This document shows positions 43,339-52,750 of a stretch of DNA of 61,020 bases, one piece after another. This stretch comes from an uncultured Alphaproteobacteria bacterium (lineage in GTDB: Bacteria; Pseudomonadota; Alphaproteobacteria; RF32; CAG-239): the NCBI GenBank assembly GCA_944390265.1, contig CALXPK010000043.1, positions 1 through 61,020 on the forward strand. The letters run 5' to 3'. Position numbers and translations under genes: made by a program. How positions within the stretch are numbered: position 1 is the first letter of the stretch; each line of letters begins with the position of its first letter. The notes under the pieces are model-generated. The model did not search any database. It saw only the letters and a program-made list of their open reading frames with translations, and had not been told where the DNA came from.

Positions 43339-44322
43339 ATGAAAAAAACTATTTGGGCTTTAATTGACTCTCGTGTCGGCAGTGCGAATGCCATCCGCGG
43401 CGTGTTGCAAAATTTGCCACTTAATCAATTTGACATCACCGAAAAACAAATTGCTTATACCTGGTGGGCCAAGCTGCCCAACTGGCTTAAAGGCTCCTCG
43501 CTCATCGGCTTGACCGAAGAATCCAAAAAGGCTTTGCAACCACCCTTTCCCGATTTGGTGATTGCCGCCACCAGACGCACTTCTTCCGTGGCACGCTGGA
43601 TTAAAAAACAGTCCAAGGGGCAAACCAAAATCGTGCAGCTCTTGCATCCGGGGCCGGGGTCTCACCTTAAGGATTTTGATTTGATTTTTGTGCCTGAGCA
43701 CGATAAAGCCAAAGAATCTACCCCAAATATGATTTATACCATCGGCTCGCCGACACGTACGAACCTGAAAAGCATGAAAGAAGCCAAAGCCAAATGGGAA
43801 AAAGTGTTTGCAAATTTGCCGCACCCTTGGACCGTGGTGATTGTCGGCGGCGCGGTTAAAGGCAAGCCCCTTTCCATGGGCAATGCCGAAGGTTTTGCCA
43901 ATGAGGTACTGAAACTCAAAAATGAAATCGGCGGCTCTATCCTGATTACCGACTCTCGGAGGACCGGAATCCAAGCGAGAGAAAAGATTATGTCCGTGCT
44001 TAAAGATATTCCCGCCTATACTTATTTTGTCGGGGAAGACAAAGAAAACCCCTATATGGGCTATTTGGCTTGTGCCGATAATATTATCGTTTCCGGCGAC
44101 TCTGTTTCTATGACTTGCGAGGCCTGCGGTACCGGCAAACCGGTTTATATCTACACCGGCTTTGAGTGGCTGACGCCCAAGCAGATGCGCTTTGTGCAAT
44201 CGCTCTATGATAACGGCTATGCCGTGCCGGCCATCTCGCCTAAAAAGCTGGAGTTCAAGGGCGGAAAATGCCTCAATGTGGCAGAAGATGTGGCTCGCAA
44301 GATTTTGGAACTTTTCAAATAG
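43339..44322 (+). CDS. ELM1/GtrOC1-family putative glycosyltransferase (DUF1022)
   Basis: IWALIDSRVGSANAIRGV and ILITDSRRT. The length of 327 aa is typical of the family in alphaproteobacteria. Confidence 0.6.
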   Translation: MKKTIWALIDSRVGSANAIRGVLQNLPLNQFDITEKQIAYTWWAKLPNWLKGSSLIGLTEESKKALQPPFPDLVIAATRRTSSVARWIKKQSKGQTKIVQLLHPGPGSHLKDFDLIFVPEHDKAKESTPNMIYTIGSPTRTNLKSMKEAKAKWEKVFANLPHPWTVVIVGGAVKGKPLSMGNAEGFANEVLKLKNEIGGSILITDSRRTGIQAREKIMSVLKDIPAYTYFVGEDKENPYMGYLACADNIIVSGDSVSMTCEACGTGKPVYIYTGFEWLTPKQMRFVQSLYDNGYAVPAISPKKLEFKGGKCLNVAEDVARKILELFK

Positions 44323-44397
44323 TTTGACAAATAGACAAATTTATTTCATACTGATGGTGATAATTTACTATATTGTTTAATTTTTATCCCTATACAT

Positions 44398-45156
44398 ATG
44401 AAAAAAATTGTCCTTCTGGCATTGTTGCTCCTATCGGGAGTGACCGCCTCGGCACAATATTATGAAGAGGTTTATGTTGACCCTTCATATGATTATGTGG
44501 TTGAATCAAATCTCGATTTGACCGGAGAACAATGGCATTTGGCCGGAACCTCTATTTTGGCGGCGGCGAATAATCTGTATTTGATTATTGACGGGACCGA
44601 CCGCTTTATCCGCACGTTGCGCTATTTTGACCGCGGATATTATGAAAGATTGTGGCATTGCCGAATTTCCTCCTATCGGCCTTATTATCATAACGGCTCT
44701 TTGGGGTGGTATATTGTGGCAAACCTCATCAACTATTTCTTATATCCGGATGGAAGATTGGTGCGTTTGAGCGCGGCTCCGTGCTATTATGCCTACCATT
44801 ATGATGTGGCACATCGGCATCGGCTGAATTTCTATAATTGGCATTTTTGGAAATATCACCGTAGGCCACATTACTCTGCACCGGTACACCGCTCTCGCCC
44901 GGTTTACTCAAGAAGTTATCGGCCGGCACCGAGCAGAAATGTGTATCGTGACCGCCAGCCGGTTTATCGCGAGAGCCGCTCCGTTTATCGTGACCGCCAG
45001 CCGGTTTATCGCGAGAGAAATAATTCTGCCAGCCGGACGAATCGTTCCTCCTTTGTTAAGACGAGGACGTCACGCTCGGAATATCGCTCTAAGCCGCAAA
45101 CTCGGTCTTCTTCGACCTCTGTTCGGCAGGCACCGAGAGATAGAGGCAGACGCTGA
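44398..45156 (+). CDS. Secreted Tyr/Arg-rich protein with a basic repetitive tail (252 aa)
   Basis: Signal peptide MKKIVLLALLLLSGVTASA. The tail contains duplicated VYRDRQPVYRE units, from a nucleotide tandem repeat at about 44940-45015. Confidence 0.6.
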   Translation: MKKIVLLALLLLSGVTASAQYYEEVYVDPSYDYVVESNLDLTGEQWHLAGTSILAAANNLYLIIDGTDRFIRTLRYFDRGYYERLWHCRISSYRPYYHNGSLGWYIVANLINYFLYPDGRLVRLSAAPCYYAYHYDVAHRHRLNFYNWHFWKYHRRPHYSAPVHRSRPVYSRSYRPAPSRNVYRDRQPVYRESRSVYRDRQPVYRERNNSASRTNRSSFVKTRTSRSEYRSKPQTRSSSTSVRQAPRDRGRR

Positions 45157-45273
45157 CAAAAAAAGACTTTCGATTTTTTATCGAGAGTCTTTTTTTTTGT
45201 AACAAAAGCATCTTTGACAAATGGACAAAAATATGTTACGATTTGTTCAAATTAATATTAAATATATATAATT

Positions 45274-45735
45274 ATGAAAAAGCTATTTTCCTGTCTGCTG
45301 ATTTTGGCGCTCAGCGCAATCAGCCTGACTGCTTGTCATGAGGATCCGTTTGACCCCTATTATGACGACCCTTTTTATGACAATCCCTATTATGATGACC
45401 CTTACTATGATGACCCTTACTATGACGACCCTTACTATAATGATTTTGGGTCTCGGGTTGAAAATATTGAAGGGCCGTGGGAAAATAATGGCTTCTCTAT
45501 CCGCGAAATCGGGCAGGATAAATATGAAGTGCTCGACCAAAAGAAAAATATTTCTTGGTACGAGTATCTCGACCCGTTCCGCTATTTTGGAAATTGCGTT
45601 CCCTATGGCTGTTGGCCGGAGCGCTGTGAGCCTTATTATTCCACGACAAAGGATGAGCTTTGCTGGCACGTCTACTGCCGAGGGGCTCATGACGAAATTC
45701 TCATTTTTCGGAGCGGAAAATACGCCCCTCTCTGA
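45274..45735 (+). CDS. Lipoprotein with (D/N)P(Y/F)YD pentapeptide repeats (153 aa)
   Basis: Lipobox ISLTAC, then DPFDPYYDDPFYDNPYYDDPYYDDPYYDDPYYND, and a Cys/Trp-containing C-domain. Confidence 0.6.
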   Translation: MKKLFSCLLILALSAISLTACHEDPFDPYYDDPFYDNPYYDDPYYDDPYYDDPYYNDFGSRVENIEGPWENNGFSIREIGQDKYEVLDQKKNISWYEYLDPFRYFGNCVPYGCWPERCEPYYSTTKDELCWHVYCRGAHDEILIFRSGKYAPL

Positions 45736-45746
45736 AAAAAAACAAC

Positions 45747-45786
45747 AAAAAAAACTCTCGGCAAATGACCGAGAGTTTTTTTGTTT
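45747..45786. terminator. Bidirectional terminator between the repeat lipoprotein (+) and rpsA (-)
   Basis: A-run, ACTCTCGG, loop CAAATGA, CCGAGAGT, then a T-run. Confidence 0.75.
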
Positions 45787-45802
45787 TTGATATTTGTGAA
45801 TT

Positions 45803-47485
45803 TTAAGCGTTCTTTTTCAAGGCTTCGCCCCAAACATCACCCAATGAAGAACCGCTGGAAGCAGCTGTATATTCTTCCAAGGCTTTCTTCTCTTCTTCAA
45901 CTTCCAAGGCTTTGATAGAAAGACCAAGTTTGTTGTTCTTCTTATCAACGGAAGTTACTTTTGCTTCAACCTCATCACCTTCGTTGAAGTTGTCCGGATT
46001 TTGGCCGGCTTTTTCACGAGACAAATCGGCTTTTTTGATGGTGGCGTTAACGCCGTTTACTTCAACGGTGACACCTTTGTCATCTTTAGCAACAACTTTG
46101 GCTTTGACAACATCGCCTTTTTTGATGTTTTCCAAAGCAGTGGCCAAGGTGTTTTCGGTCAATTGTTTGATGCCCAAAGAAATGCGTTCTTTTTCAACAT
46201 CAACATCAATGATTTTAGCTTGGATGTCTTGACCTTTGGTGTAATCTTTAACGGCTTCTTCACCCGGTTTATCCCAAGAGATATCGCTCAAGTGAATCAT
46301 ACCATCAATTTCATCGGACAAACCAACAAACAAACCAAATTCGGTAATGTTTTTGATTTTGCCTTCAATGACGGACCCAACCGGATGCTCTTCAACATAA
46401 GCAGCCCAGGGGTTCGGAGTGCATTGTTTGATGCCCAAAGAAATACGACGTTTCTCCGGATCAACTTCCAAAACTTTGACTTCAACTTCTTGAGAAGTGG
46501 AAACGATTTTGCCCGGATGAACGTTTTTGCGAGTCCAGCTCATTTCGGAAACGTGTACCAAACCTTCGATACCGTCTTCCAACTCAACAAATGCACCATA
46601 GTCGGTGATGTTGGTCACTTTACCTTTGTAAATTTCGCCAACTTTGTATTTGTCGGCAACGCCGGCCCAAGGATCAGCTTCAAGTTGTTTCATACCCAAA
46701 GAGATGCGTTGTGTATCTTCATTGAATTTGATAACTTGAACTTTAACGGTTTGACCAACAGACAAAACTTCTGCCGGGTGGTTGATGCGTTTCCAAGAAA
46801 TATCGGTAACGTGCAACAAACCGTCAACACCGCCCAAGTCAATGAATGCACCGTAATCGGTGATGTTTTTGACAACACCCTCGAGAACAGAACCTTCTTT
46901 CAAGTCATTGATGAGTTCGGCACGAGCTTCAGCGCGGTTTTCTTCCAAAACAACACGACGAGAAACAACGATATTGCCACGAACTTTATCCATTTTCAAA
47001 ATTTGGAACGGTTGAGAAATGCCCATCAACGGAGTGATATCGCGAATCGGGCGAATATCAATTTGAGAACCGGGCAAGAATGCAACGGCGCCATTGAGGT
47101 CAACCGTGAAGCCGCCTTTAACGCGACCGAAGATAACACCGTTAACTCTTTCACCGGAGTTGAGGCATTTTTCCAGATCGTGCCAGGCTTCTTCGCGACG
47201 AGCTTTTTCACGAGAAAGAACAATGTTGCCGTCTTTGTCTTCATAACGATCAACATAAACTTCTACTTGGTCGCCAACTTTCAATTCGGCATTTTGACCA
47301 AATTCGCGGAGCGGAATGCGACCTTCTGATTTCAAACCAACGTCAACGGTGGCAAAATCAGGGGTCAATTTGATGATGGTACCTTTAACCACTGAACCGG
47401 TGATGCCGTTGTCACCGAATTGTTCGTTCAACAAGGCTTCAAAGTTTTCATTGGTTTCAGGAATTTGGAATTCTGTATTTGTCAT
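45803..47485 (-). CDS. rpsA: 30S ribosomal protein S1
   Basis: Six S1 domains (e.g. VKGGFTVDLNGAVAFLPGSQ, ITDYGAFIDLGGVDGLLHVTDISW, ITDYGAFVELEDGIEGLVHVSEMSW). Preferred start is MTNTEFQ at 47485. Confidence 0.95.
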   Translation of the reverse strand: MTNTEFQIPETNENFEALLNEQFGDNGITGSVVKGTIIKLTPDFATVDVGLKSEGRIPLREFGQNAELKVGDQVEVYVDRYEDKDGNIVLSREKARREEAWHDLEKCLNSGERVNGVIFGRVKGGFTVDLNGAVAFLPGSQIDIRPIRDITPLMGISQPFQILKMDKVRGNIVVSRRVVLEENRAEARAELINDLKEGSVLEGVVKNITDYGAFIDLGGVDGLLHVTDISWKRINHPAEVLSVGQTVKVQVIKFNEDTQRISLGMKQLEADPWAGVADKYKVGEIYKGKVTNITDYGAFVELEDGIEGLVHVSEMSWTRKNVHPGKIVSTSQEVEVKVLEVDPEKRRISLGIKQCTPNPWAAYVEEHPVGSVIEGKIKNITEFGLFVGLSDEIDGMIHLSDISWDKPGEEAVKDYTKGQDIQAKIIDVDVEKERISLGIKQLTENTLATALENIKKGDVVKAKVVAKDDKGVTVEVNGVNATIKKADLSREKAGQNPDNFNEGDEVEAKVTSVDKKNNKLGLSIKALEVEEEKKALEEYTAASSGSSLGDVWGEALKKNA

Positions 47486-47616
47486 TAAATATTTAATTTC
47501 AAAAAAATGCCAACCCAAGAAAAAAATTGCGGGCGGACTTGTGCGAGGTTAAAATATCATCAAAGCCTCAGCGCACCCTAAGGCTTTGATGCTTTGTTCT
47601 TTATACACGCAAATTC

Positions 47617-48198
47617 TTATTTTTCAAGTGTTTTTTGCGTGGTTTCGATATTTTCATCGGTTTCATGATGGTCATCGGCAATCACGCCTTTTTCAGCCAG
47701 CATTTCCACAATCTTATTGCGGCCCTGCACCGCGGCATGAAGCGCCGGATTGTAGCCGTTATGCGGTTGAATATCGCCGCCGTTGTCAATGATGGCTTCG
47801 GCCACATCTTCCATGTTATAGGTGATGGCCCAAAACAGCATCGAACTGCCGAGCGGCACTTCGGCTTTGACATCGGCCCCATGGTTGATGAGATACATGG
47901 CAATTTCCGGCCGATTGCTGAAAACTGCCCAGCCCAAAGCGGTGAAACCATTGTCTTGTGTTTCTTCCGAGGTATCAAACGGGGCTTCCAAATCAACCCC
48001 GTTTTTGACCAAAAACTCAACCGCATCAATGTTGTTCAAGGAAATGGCCTCGCGCAAAGAAGAAAGTTGCGCCGCATTTTCTTCCGGCATTTTCGGCAGA
48101 GAACGGTTTTGATAATATTGATAGCCGAAATAGCCTCCGGCAACCACGGCTGCCAAAATAACGACAGCCACGATAATTTTAATGATTTTGTTTTTCAT
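47617..48198 (-). CDS. Membrane-anchored ankyrin-repeat protein (193 aa)
   Basis: An N-terminal TM (IIKIIVAVVILAAVVAGGYFGY), then 3-4 ANK-like units (GFTALGWAVFSNRPEIAMYLINHGADV; MLFWAITYNMEDVAEAIIDNGGDI; NPALHAAVQGRNKIVEMLAEKG). It overlaps the cmk 3' end by 20 nt. Confidence 0.7.
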   Translation of the reverse strand: MKNKIIKIIVAVVILAAVVAGGYFGYQYYQNRSLPKMPEENAAQLSSLREAISLNNIDAVEFLVKNGVDLEAPFDTSEETQDNGFTALGWAVFSNRPEIAMYLINHGADVKAEVPLGSSMLFWAITYNMEDVAEAIIDNGGDIQPHNGYNPALHAAVQGRNKIVEMLAEKGVIADDHHETDENIETTQKTLEK

Positions 48199-48841
48199 CT
48201 ATCACCTCACATGCTTTTTGCAATACTTCCGGAATGGTTAATGTTGATGTATCAAAGATAACGGCATCGGCGGCCGGTTTCATCGGGGCGGTTGCACGAT
48301 TGGCATCACGCTCATCGCGGGCTTTGACATCGGCCAAAACATCTTCATAATTTGCACTTATCCCTTTTTGCAAAAATTCTTTATAACGGCGCTCGGCTCT
48401 CACTTCCGGCGAGGCCGTGATAAAAAATTTGACATCAGCCTGAGGGCAAACCACGGTGCCGGTATCGCGCCCGTCATAAACCACGCCTTTGGCCGGCCTT
48501 CCATCGGCAAAAACCGGATTTTGCGCAAAATCTTGCTGCATTTTGAGCAAGGCCTTTCTCACCTCCGGATAAGCCGAAACAATGGAAGCGTTTTTGCCGC
48601 CCAATGCCGAGCGAAAGTCTGGATTTTTTGCCAGCTCATGCATATGCTCAAAGGTCAAATTTTGGGAAATTTGCAAAGCCGCGGCTTGGTCTGACAAGTC
48701 TTTATTTTGCAAATGCATCTCCAACCCAACCGCGCGATATACCATGCCGGTGTCAAAATACGCATAGTTATATTTTTTGGATATTGAGGCTGCTAATGTT
48801 CCTTTGCCGGCGGCCGCCGGTCCGTCTATCGTGATAATCAT
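48179..48841 (-). CDS. cmk: Cytidylate kinase
   Basis: MIITIDGPAAAGKGT P-loop, GMVYRAVG and DGRDTGTVV. Confidence 0.9.
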   Translation of the reverse strand: MIITIDGPAAAGKGTLAASISKKYNYAYFDTGMVYRAVGLEMHLQNKDLSDQAAALQISQNLTFEHMHELAKNPDFRSALGGKNASIVSAYPEVRKALLKMQQDFAQNPVFADGRPAKGVVYDGRDTGTVVCPQADVKFFITASPEVRAERRYKEFLQKGISANYEDVLADVKARDERDANRATAPMKPAADAVIFDTSTLTIPEVLQKACEVIDEKQNH

Positions 48842-48957
48842 GATATATCTTTCTTAAAAATTCATTTTGTAACGAAAAGTTTACTTTATATTTTGTATAA
48901 TTTCCAGCATAATAGTAAAGAGAAAGATTTTATTTTACACATTAGGTGGGGTGAAAC

Positions 48958-49632
48958 GTGAAAAAGTTTTTGATTTTATCGCTTATCGGCGGCGCTTTTA
49001 TTTGGAGTTTGGGAGATGCGGCTCAGGCCATGGTTTTGCAGTCGGCCGATGAGGCTTTGTCCAATGATACTTTTGTTTTTCGGGGCAAAAGCTCTAACAA
49101 AAACAAAAAAAACACCGGCGGTCGGATTAAGGCGCAAAAAAAACACAACGAGATTCAAACGGCCTCCGATGCGCAAACTTCTTCCGTTTTGCAAAACCCC
49201 TCAAACGAAGATACTTATCCGTCTTATGAAGACGAATCTTATGACTACGACTCTTATGACTATGAAGAAGATACGCCGCAAAATCCGGATGCCGGCTATG
49301 GTTATACCCAAAAATATGCCTCAAAATTGTTCCAAACTTTCAGCGGATATATTACCGTGGAACAAAAAGACATTCCCAATCGTCTCGGTGTGACCAAGGG
49401 CTCAACCATCCAGTTTAATTTGGTTGAAACTCCCGATGCCATTTGGGCTGTGGAGCTGGATGAAAAAATCGGCAAAATTTTGCGCAACTCTTCCGACGGC
49501 AAAACTCGAACGCTGGTGATTCAAGCCGTGGCGGCCGGAAATACACGCCTGTTTTTGGATAATATCTCCACAAAAGATAATGATTATCGGATTATTTTTT
49601 CTAAAAAAATGTCTTTGTTGGTGGATGAATAG
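48958..49632 (+). CDS. Secreted protein, unknown function (224 aa)
   Basis: GTG start after AGGTGG. It has the signal peptide VKKFLILSLIGGAFIWSLGDAAQA, an acidic Y/D/E linker and a C-terminal beta-rich domain. Confidence 0.55.
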   Translation: MKKFLILSLIGGAFIWSLGDAAQAMVLQSADEALSNDTFVFRGKSSNKNKKNTGGRIKAQKKHNEIQTASDAQTSSVLQNPSNEDTYPSYEDESYDYDSYDYEEDTPQNPDAGYGYTQKYASKLFQTFSGYITVEQKDIPNRLGVTKGSTIQFNLVETPDAIWAVELDEKIGKILRNSSDGKTRTLVIQAVAAGNTRLFLDNISTKDNDYRIIFSKKMSLLVDE

Positions 49633-50382
49633 ATGAAAAAAAACATTAAACCGCGCTTGTTTGCCAAACAACTTCTTCAAGAGGGAATCTTGTGGCAGCC
49701 CGATGACGCTCAAACGCACTATCTGCTCAACGTGTTGCGGCTTCGGCTTGAAGATGAAATCAAGGTTTTTGACGGGCAAAGCGGTGAATATATCGGGCAA
49801 ATTTGTGATATCGGCAAAAAAAGCTGCTCCATAAAAATTTTGCAAAAAATCAGAGAAATGAGCCATTGCCCCGATGTGTGGCTTTTGTTTGCGCCGGTCA
49901 AAAAAGACAAAACCGACTTTATTATTGCCGGTGCCACCGAACTCGGCGTTGCCAAAATTTTGCCGGTGATGACCGAACGTACCATTGCCGAACGCGTGAA
50001 AAAAGAAAGATTTGAGGCTCAGGTTATTGAAGCGGCCGAGCAATGCCGCCGGCTTGATATTCCGCAGATTTTGGAGCCGCAACCCATAAAAAAACTTTTG
50101 CAAAGCTGGCCGCAAGAACGAATCCTCTATTTTATGGATGAAACCGGCAACGGCGGTGATATTCAGACCGTTTTTCAAAAAGCAACTTCTGCCGGAGCCG
50201 CCGTTTTGGTCGGCCCCGAGGGTGGTTTTTCCGAGGCAGAATTGCAACTTTTGCGAAGCGCCTCTTTTGCCAAAGGGGTTTCCATGGGAAAAAGAATCTT
50301 GCGTGCCGAAACCGCCGTTCTGTCCGCTTTGGCTTGCTGGCAGGCAATCTGCGGAGATTGGATTGAGGGAGAGAGAAAATGA
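49633..50382 (+). CDS. rsmE: 16S rRNA (uracil1498-N3)-methyltransferase RsmE
   Basis: PRLF start, HYLLNVLRLR, and LVGPEGGFSEAE...ILRAETA. Confidence 0.85.
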   Translation: MKKNIKPRLFAKQLLQEGILWQPDDAQTHYLLNVLRLRLEDEIKVFDGQSGEYIGQICDIGKKSCSIKILQKIREMSHCPDVWLLFAPVKKDKTDFIIAGATELGVAKILPVMTERTIAERVKKERFEAQVIEAAEQCRRLDIPQILEPQPIKKLLQSWPQERILYFMDETGNGGDIQTVFQKATSAGAAVLVGPEGGFSEAELQLLRSASFAKGVSMGKRILRAETAVLSALACWQAICGDWIEGERK

Positions 50383-51044
50383 AAATTTTGATTGCAGATG
50401 ACCATGAATTGTTCCTGAAAGGACTGGAGCTTATTTTATCTGATTTGGATAAAAAGGTGGATTTGGTGTTGGCTCATAATTATACCGAGATTTTTGATAT
50501 TTTGGAGCATCAAAAAAACTTTGACCTCATTGTCACCGATTTGGCCATGCCCGGAGCCAACTGGCTGGATGCCATTCAGCAGATTCATAACAAACTCCCC
50601 GAAACCCCGATTATCATCCTTTCGGCCGTGTTTGATAAAGAAATTGTGCAGAAAACAATTGAAATCGGCGCCGCCGGTTATATTCCCAAAACTTCTTCCA
50701 ACGCCGTGATTATGAGCGCGGTGCGGTTGGTGCTTTCCGGCGGGGCTTATATTCCGCCCGAGCTTTTGAACAACTCGCTCAAAAGCCAGTTTTCGGCCAT
50801 TGAACAGCTTAGCCCCGAGTTTGAAAACAAAGATGACAAAGTGGCGCTCACGCCCAGACAAATTGATGTGCTGAAACTCATTGCCAAAGGCTGTTCCAAC
50901 AAAATTATTGCTCATAAACTCGGGCTGAGCGAGGGCACCGTCAAACTCCACGTGACCGCCATTTTGAAAATTTTGAATGTGTATAATCGTACCGGTGCCG
51001 TAGTCGAGGCCACCAAAAGAGGACTTATTTCTGAAAATGGATAA
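50379..51044 (+). CDS. NarL/FixJ (LuxR-type HTH) response regulator
   Basis: Receiver domain MKILIADDHELF...DLIVTDLAMPG, and a C-terminal LTPRQIDVLKLIAKGCSNKIIAHKLGLSEGTVKLHV. It overlaps rsmE by ATGA. Confidence 0.85.
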   Translation: MKILIADDHELFLKGLELILSDLDKKVDLVLAHNYTEIFDILEHQKNFDLIVTDLAMPGANWLDAIQQIHNKLPETPIIILSAVFDKEIVQKTIEIGAAGYIPKTSSNAVIMSAVRLVLSGGAYIPPELLNNSLKSQFSAIEQLSPEFENKDDKVALTPRQIDVLKLIAKGCSNKIIAHKLGLSEGTVKLHVTAILKILNVYNRTGAVVEATKRGLISENG

Positions 51045-51363
51045 ACAAGAAAATCTCAATATGACCGAATATCGCCGCATTTTCGGCTCCGGCAAAATGC
51101 AAAAACTTTGGCAAGAATTTATTACCGAAGCCCAAAAATATTTGCACAATATTGAAAATGAAGATGCCGAAAAACAACAAATTTGTTTTCATAACCTGCG
51201 GGCTTATGCTCTGGTTTTTGATATGTATGACTTTATGCAAGTTTGTACCGAAATGGAAGAAAACATTTTGGAGTTTGGCGCCATCTCGCATTTGGAAGCA
51301 CAAAACGTGCGCAAAATTTTGCAAAAAAGCATTTTGGAAGTTGAACAAAAATTGGCAGGATAA
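51037..51363 (+). CDS. Probable Hpt (histidine phosphotransfer) domain protein (108 aa)
   Basis: FHNLRAYALVFDMYDFMQVCTEMEE fits the HxLKGxAxxxGxxxLxxxCxxLE pattern. It overlaps the response-regulator gene by 8 nt. Confidence 0.5.
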   Translation: MDKQENLNMTEYRRIFGSGKMQKLWQEFITEAQKYLHNIENEDAEKQQICFHNLRAYALVFDMYDFMQVCTEMEENILEFGAISHLEAQNVRKILQKSILEVEQKLAG

Positions 51364-51366
51364 ATC

Positions 51367-52071
51367 ATGGCAGAAAAACACATTCCGCTCTATCTTAAAG
51401 AAATTTACGGCGATTTTTATAATAAAGACAAGCTCTCTGCCTGGTTTGACAAAAACTGGGTGCAGACCTTGCTCACGCTCGGCAACAGCAAAAAACTGAT
51501 CCGCGCTTTGCTCAAAGAAATTTATTCGGGCGCCAAAGTTTTGCAACTCGGCTGCACTTTCGGTCGGCAAATGGAAGAAACGGCGGCCAAAATCGGGGTT
51601 TATGGCATTTATGATATTTTGGATATCAGCAATATTCAGCTCAAGCGATGCAAAGAAAAGTTTGACGGTTTGTTCCCGCAGGTGCGTTATGTGCAACAAA
51701 ATGCCAATATGCCGCTTAAGAAAAACTATGATGTGGTGATTTTATACATGCTCTTGCATGAGGTGCCGCACCGACAAAAAGCCAAAATTTTGCAAGCGGC
51801 GCTTGACAGCCTCAAAGAAGGCGGCAAAGTGGTGGTGATTGACTATCATAAACCGGCGCCGTGGCATCCGCTCCGCTGGCCGGTCAAACTTTTCAACCGG
51901 CTTTATCAGCCTTTTGCCGAAATTTTGTGGGATAGAGAAGTGGATACATTGGTCAAAGACAAAAGCAAATATATTTGGAAAAAAACGCTTTATTTTGGCC
52001 GATTTTATCAAAAAGTGGTGATTCAGAAAAAATTCAGCGATGAATTTGCGCCGCAACCGCCGGCTTATTAG
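51367..52071 (+). CDS. Class I SAM-methyltransferase-fold protein, RquA-like (rhodoquinone biosynthesis) candidate
   Basis: The N-terminal YLKEIYGDFYNK...WFDKNWVQTLLTLGN, plus an atypical motif I VLQLGCTFG (Gln in place of the acidic residue), match my memory of RquA. This was not verified by search. Confidence 0.45.
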   Translation: MAEKHIPLYLKEIYGDFYNKDKLSAWFDKNWVQTLLTLGNSKKLIRALLKEIYSGAKVLQLGCTFGRQMEETAAKIGVYGIYDILDISNIQLKRCKEKFDGLFPQVRYVQQNANMPLKKNYDVVILYMLLHEVPHRQKAKILQAALDSLKEGGKVVVIDYHKPAPWHPLRWPVKLFNRLYQPFAEILWDREVDTLVKDKSKYIWKKTLYFGRFYQKVVIQKKFSDEFAPQPPAY

Positions 52072-52125
52072 CCTTAAGACAACAGAAAAGCCCTTAAGTC
52101 CGAAACGAACTTAAAGGCTTTTTAT

Positions 52126-52590
52126 TTATTCAATTTTGGAGTATTTTCCGTTAATTACTTTATATACTCCTTTGTTGGTCGGGATCAACCAACCGAGCCT
52201 ATTATCCCTACTACGGAATGTCGGCCGGCATGTGTCCCATGACAGAACTTTTAATGCCGCTCCACCCGGTAGGCTTTTTACAGCCTCGTTCAGCGGGCAA
52301 AGATAATAGGCTTTGGCCACACCGTTGCGGTCTACCACGGTGTACCAATTGGCTCGATCCGTGACCGAGATGGTGCAACGAGAATACTCGTCGTACCATG
52401 AGCCGGCGGCATTTTCTACTAAATCACCAATCAGGCCGCCGCGCTGACCGGTAACACCAATTATATAATCAGAAGCAACGCCGGCAAGCGTGCCGCTTCC
52501 GATATAATTACCAAGGCTCCCGCAGGAGCTTAGACTCATCACCATTGCGCTGAGCGCCAAAATGATGACGAAATTAATTTTTTTTAACAT
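52126..52590 (-). CDS. Lipoprotein, unknown function (154 aa)
   Basis: MLKKINFVIILALSAMVMSLSSC lipobox. Confidence 0.55.
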   Translation of the reverse strand: MLKKINFVIILALSAMVMSLSSCGSLGNYIGSGTLAGVASDYIIGVTGQRGGLIGDLVENAAGSWYDEYSRCTISVTDRANWYTVVDRNGVAKAYYLCPLNEAVKSLPGGAALKVLSWDTCRPTFRSRDNRLGWLIPTNKGVYKVINGKYSKIE

Positions 52591-52750
52591 AATATATATA
52601 ATTTAATATTTTTCCATTTTTATCATAGCAGATTCGGCAGCTTTTGTCAAAAACTTGATTGTTAAACAAATATGACAAACTTTTTAGCTTGCCCAAAAAA
52701 AACGGACTTGTCTTTGTTCCAAGTCCGTCTTTTTTTCAATATGAAAAATA

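Noticed and set aside
46001-47329. 442-aa plus-strand ORF
   Set aside because: It is fully antisense to rpsA, which has unmistakable S1 domains. Its product is F/N/V-rich low-complexity sequence typical of a mirror frame.
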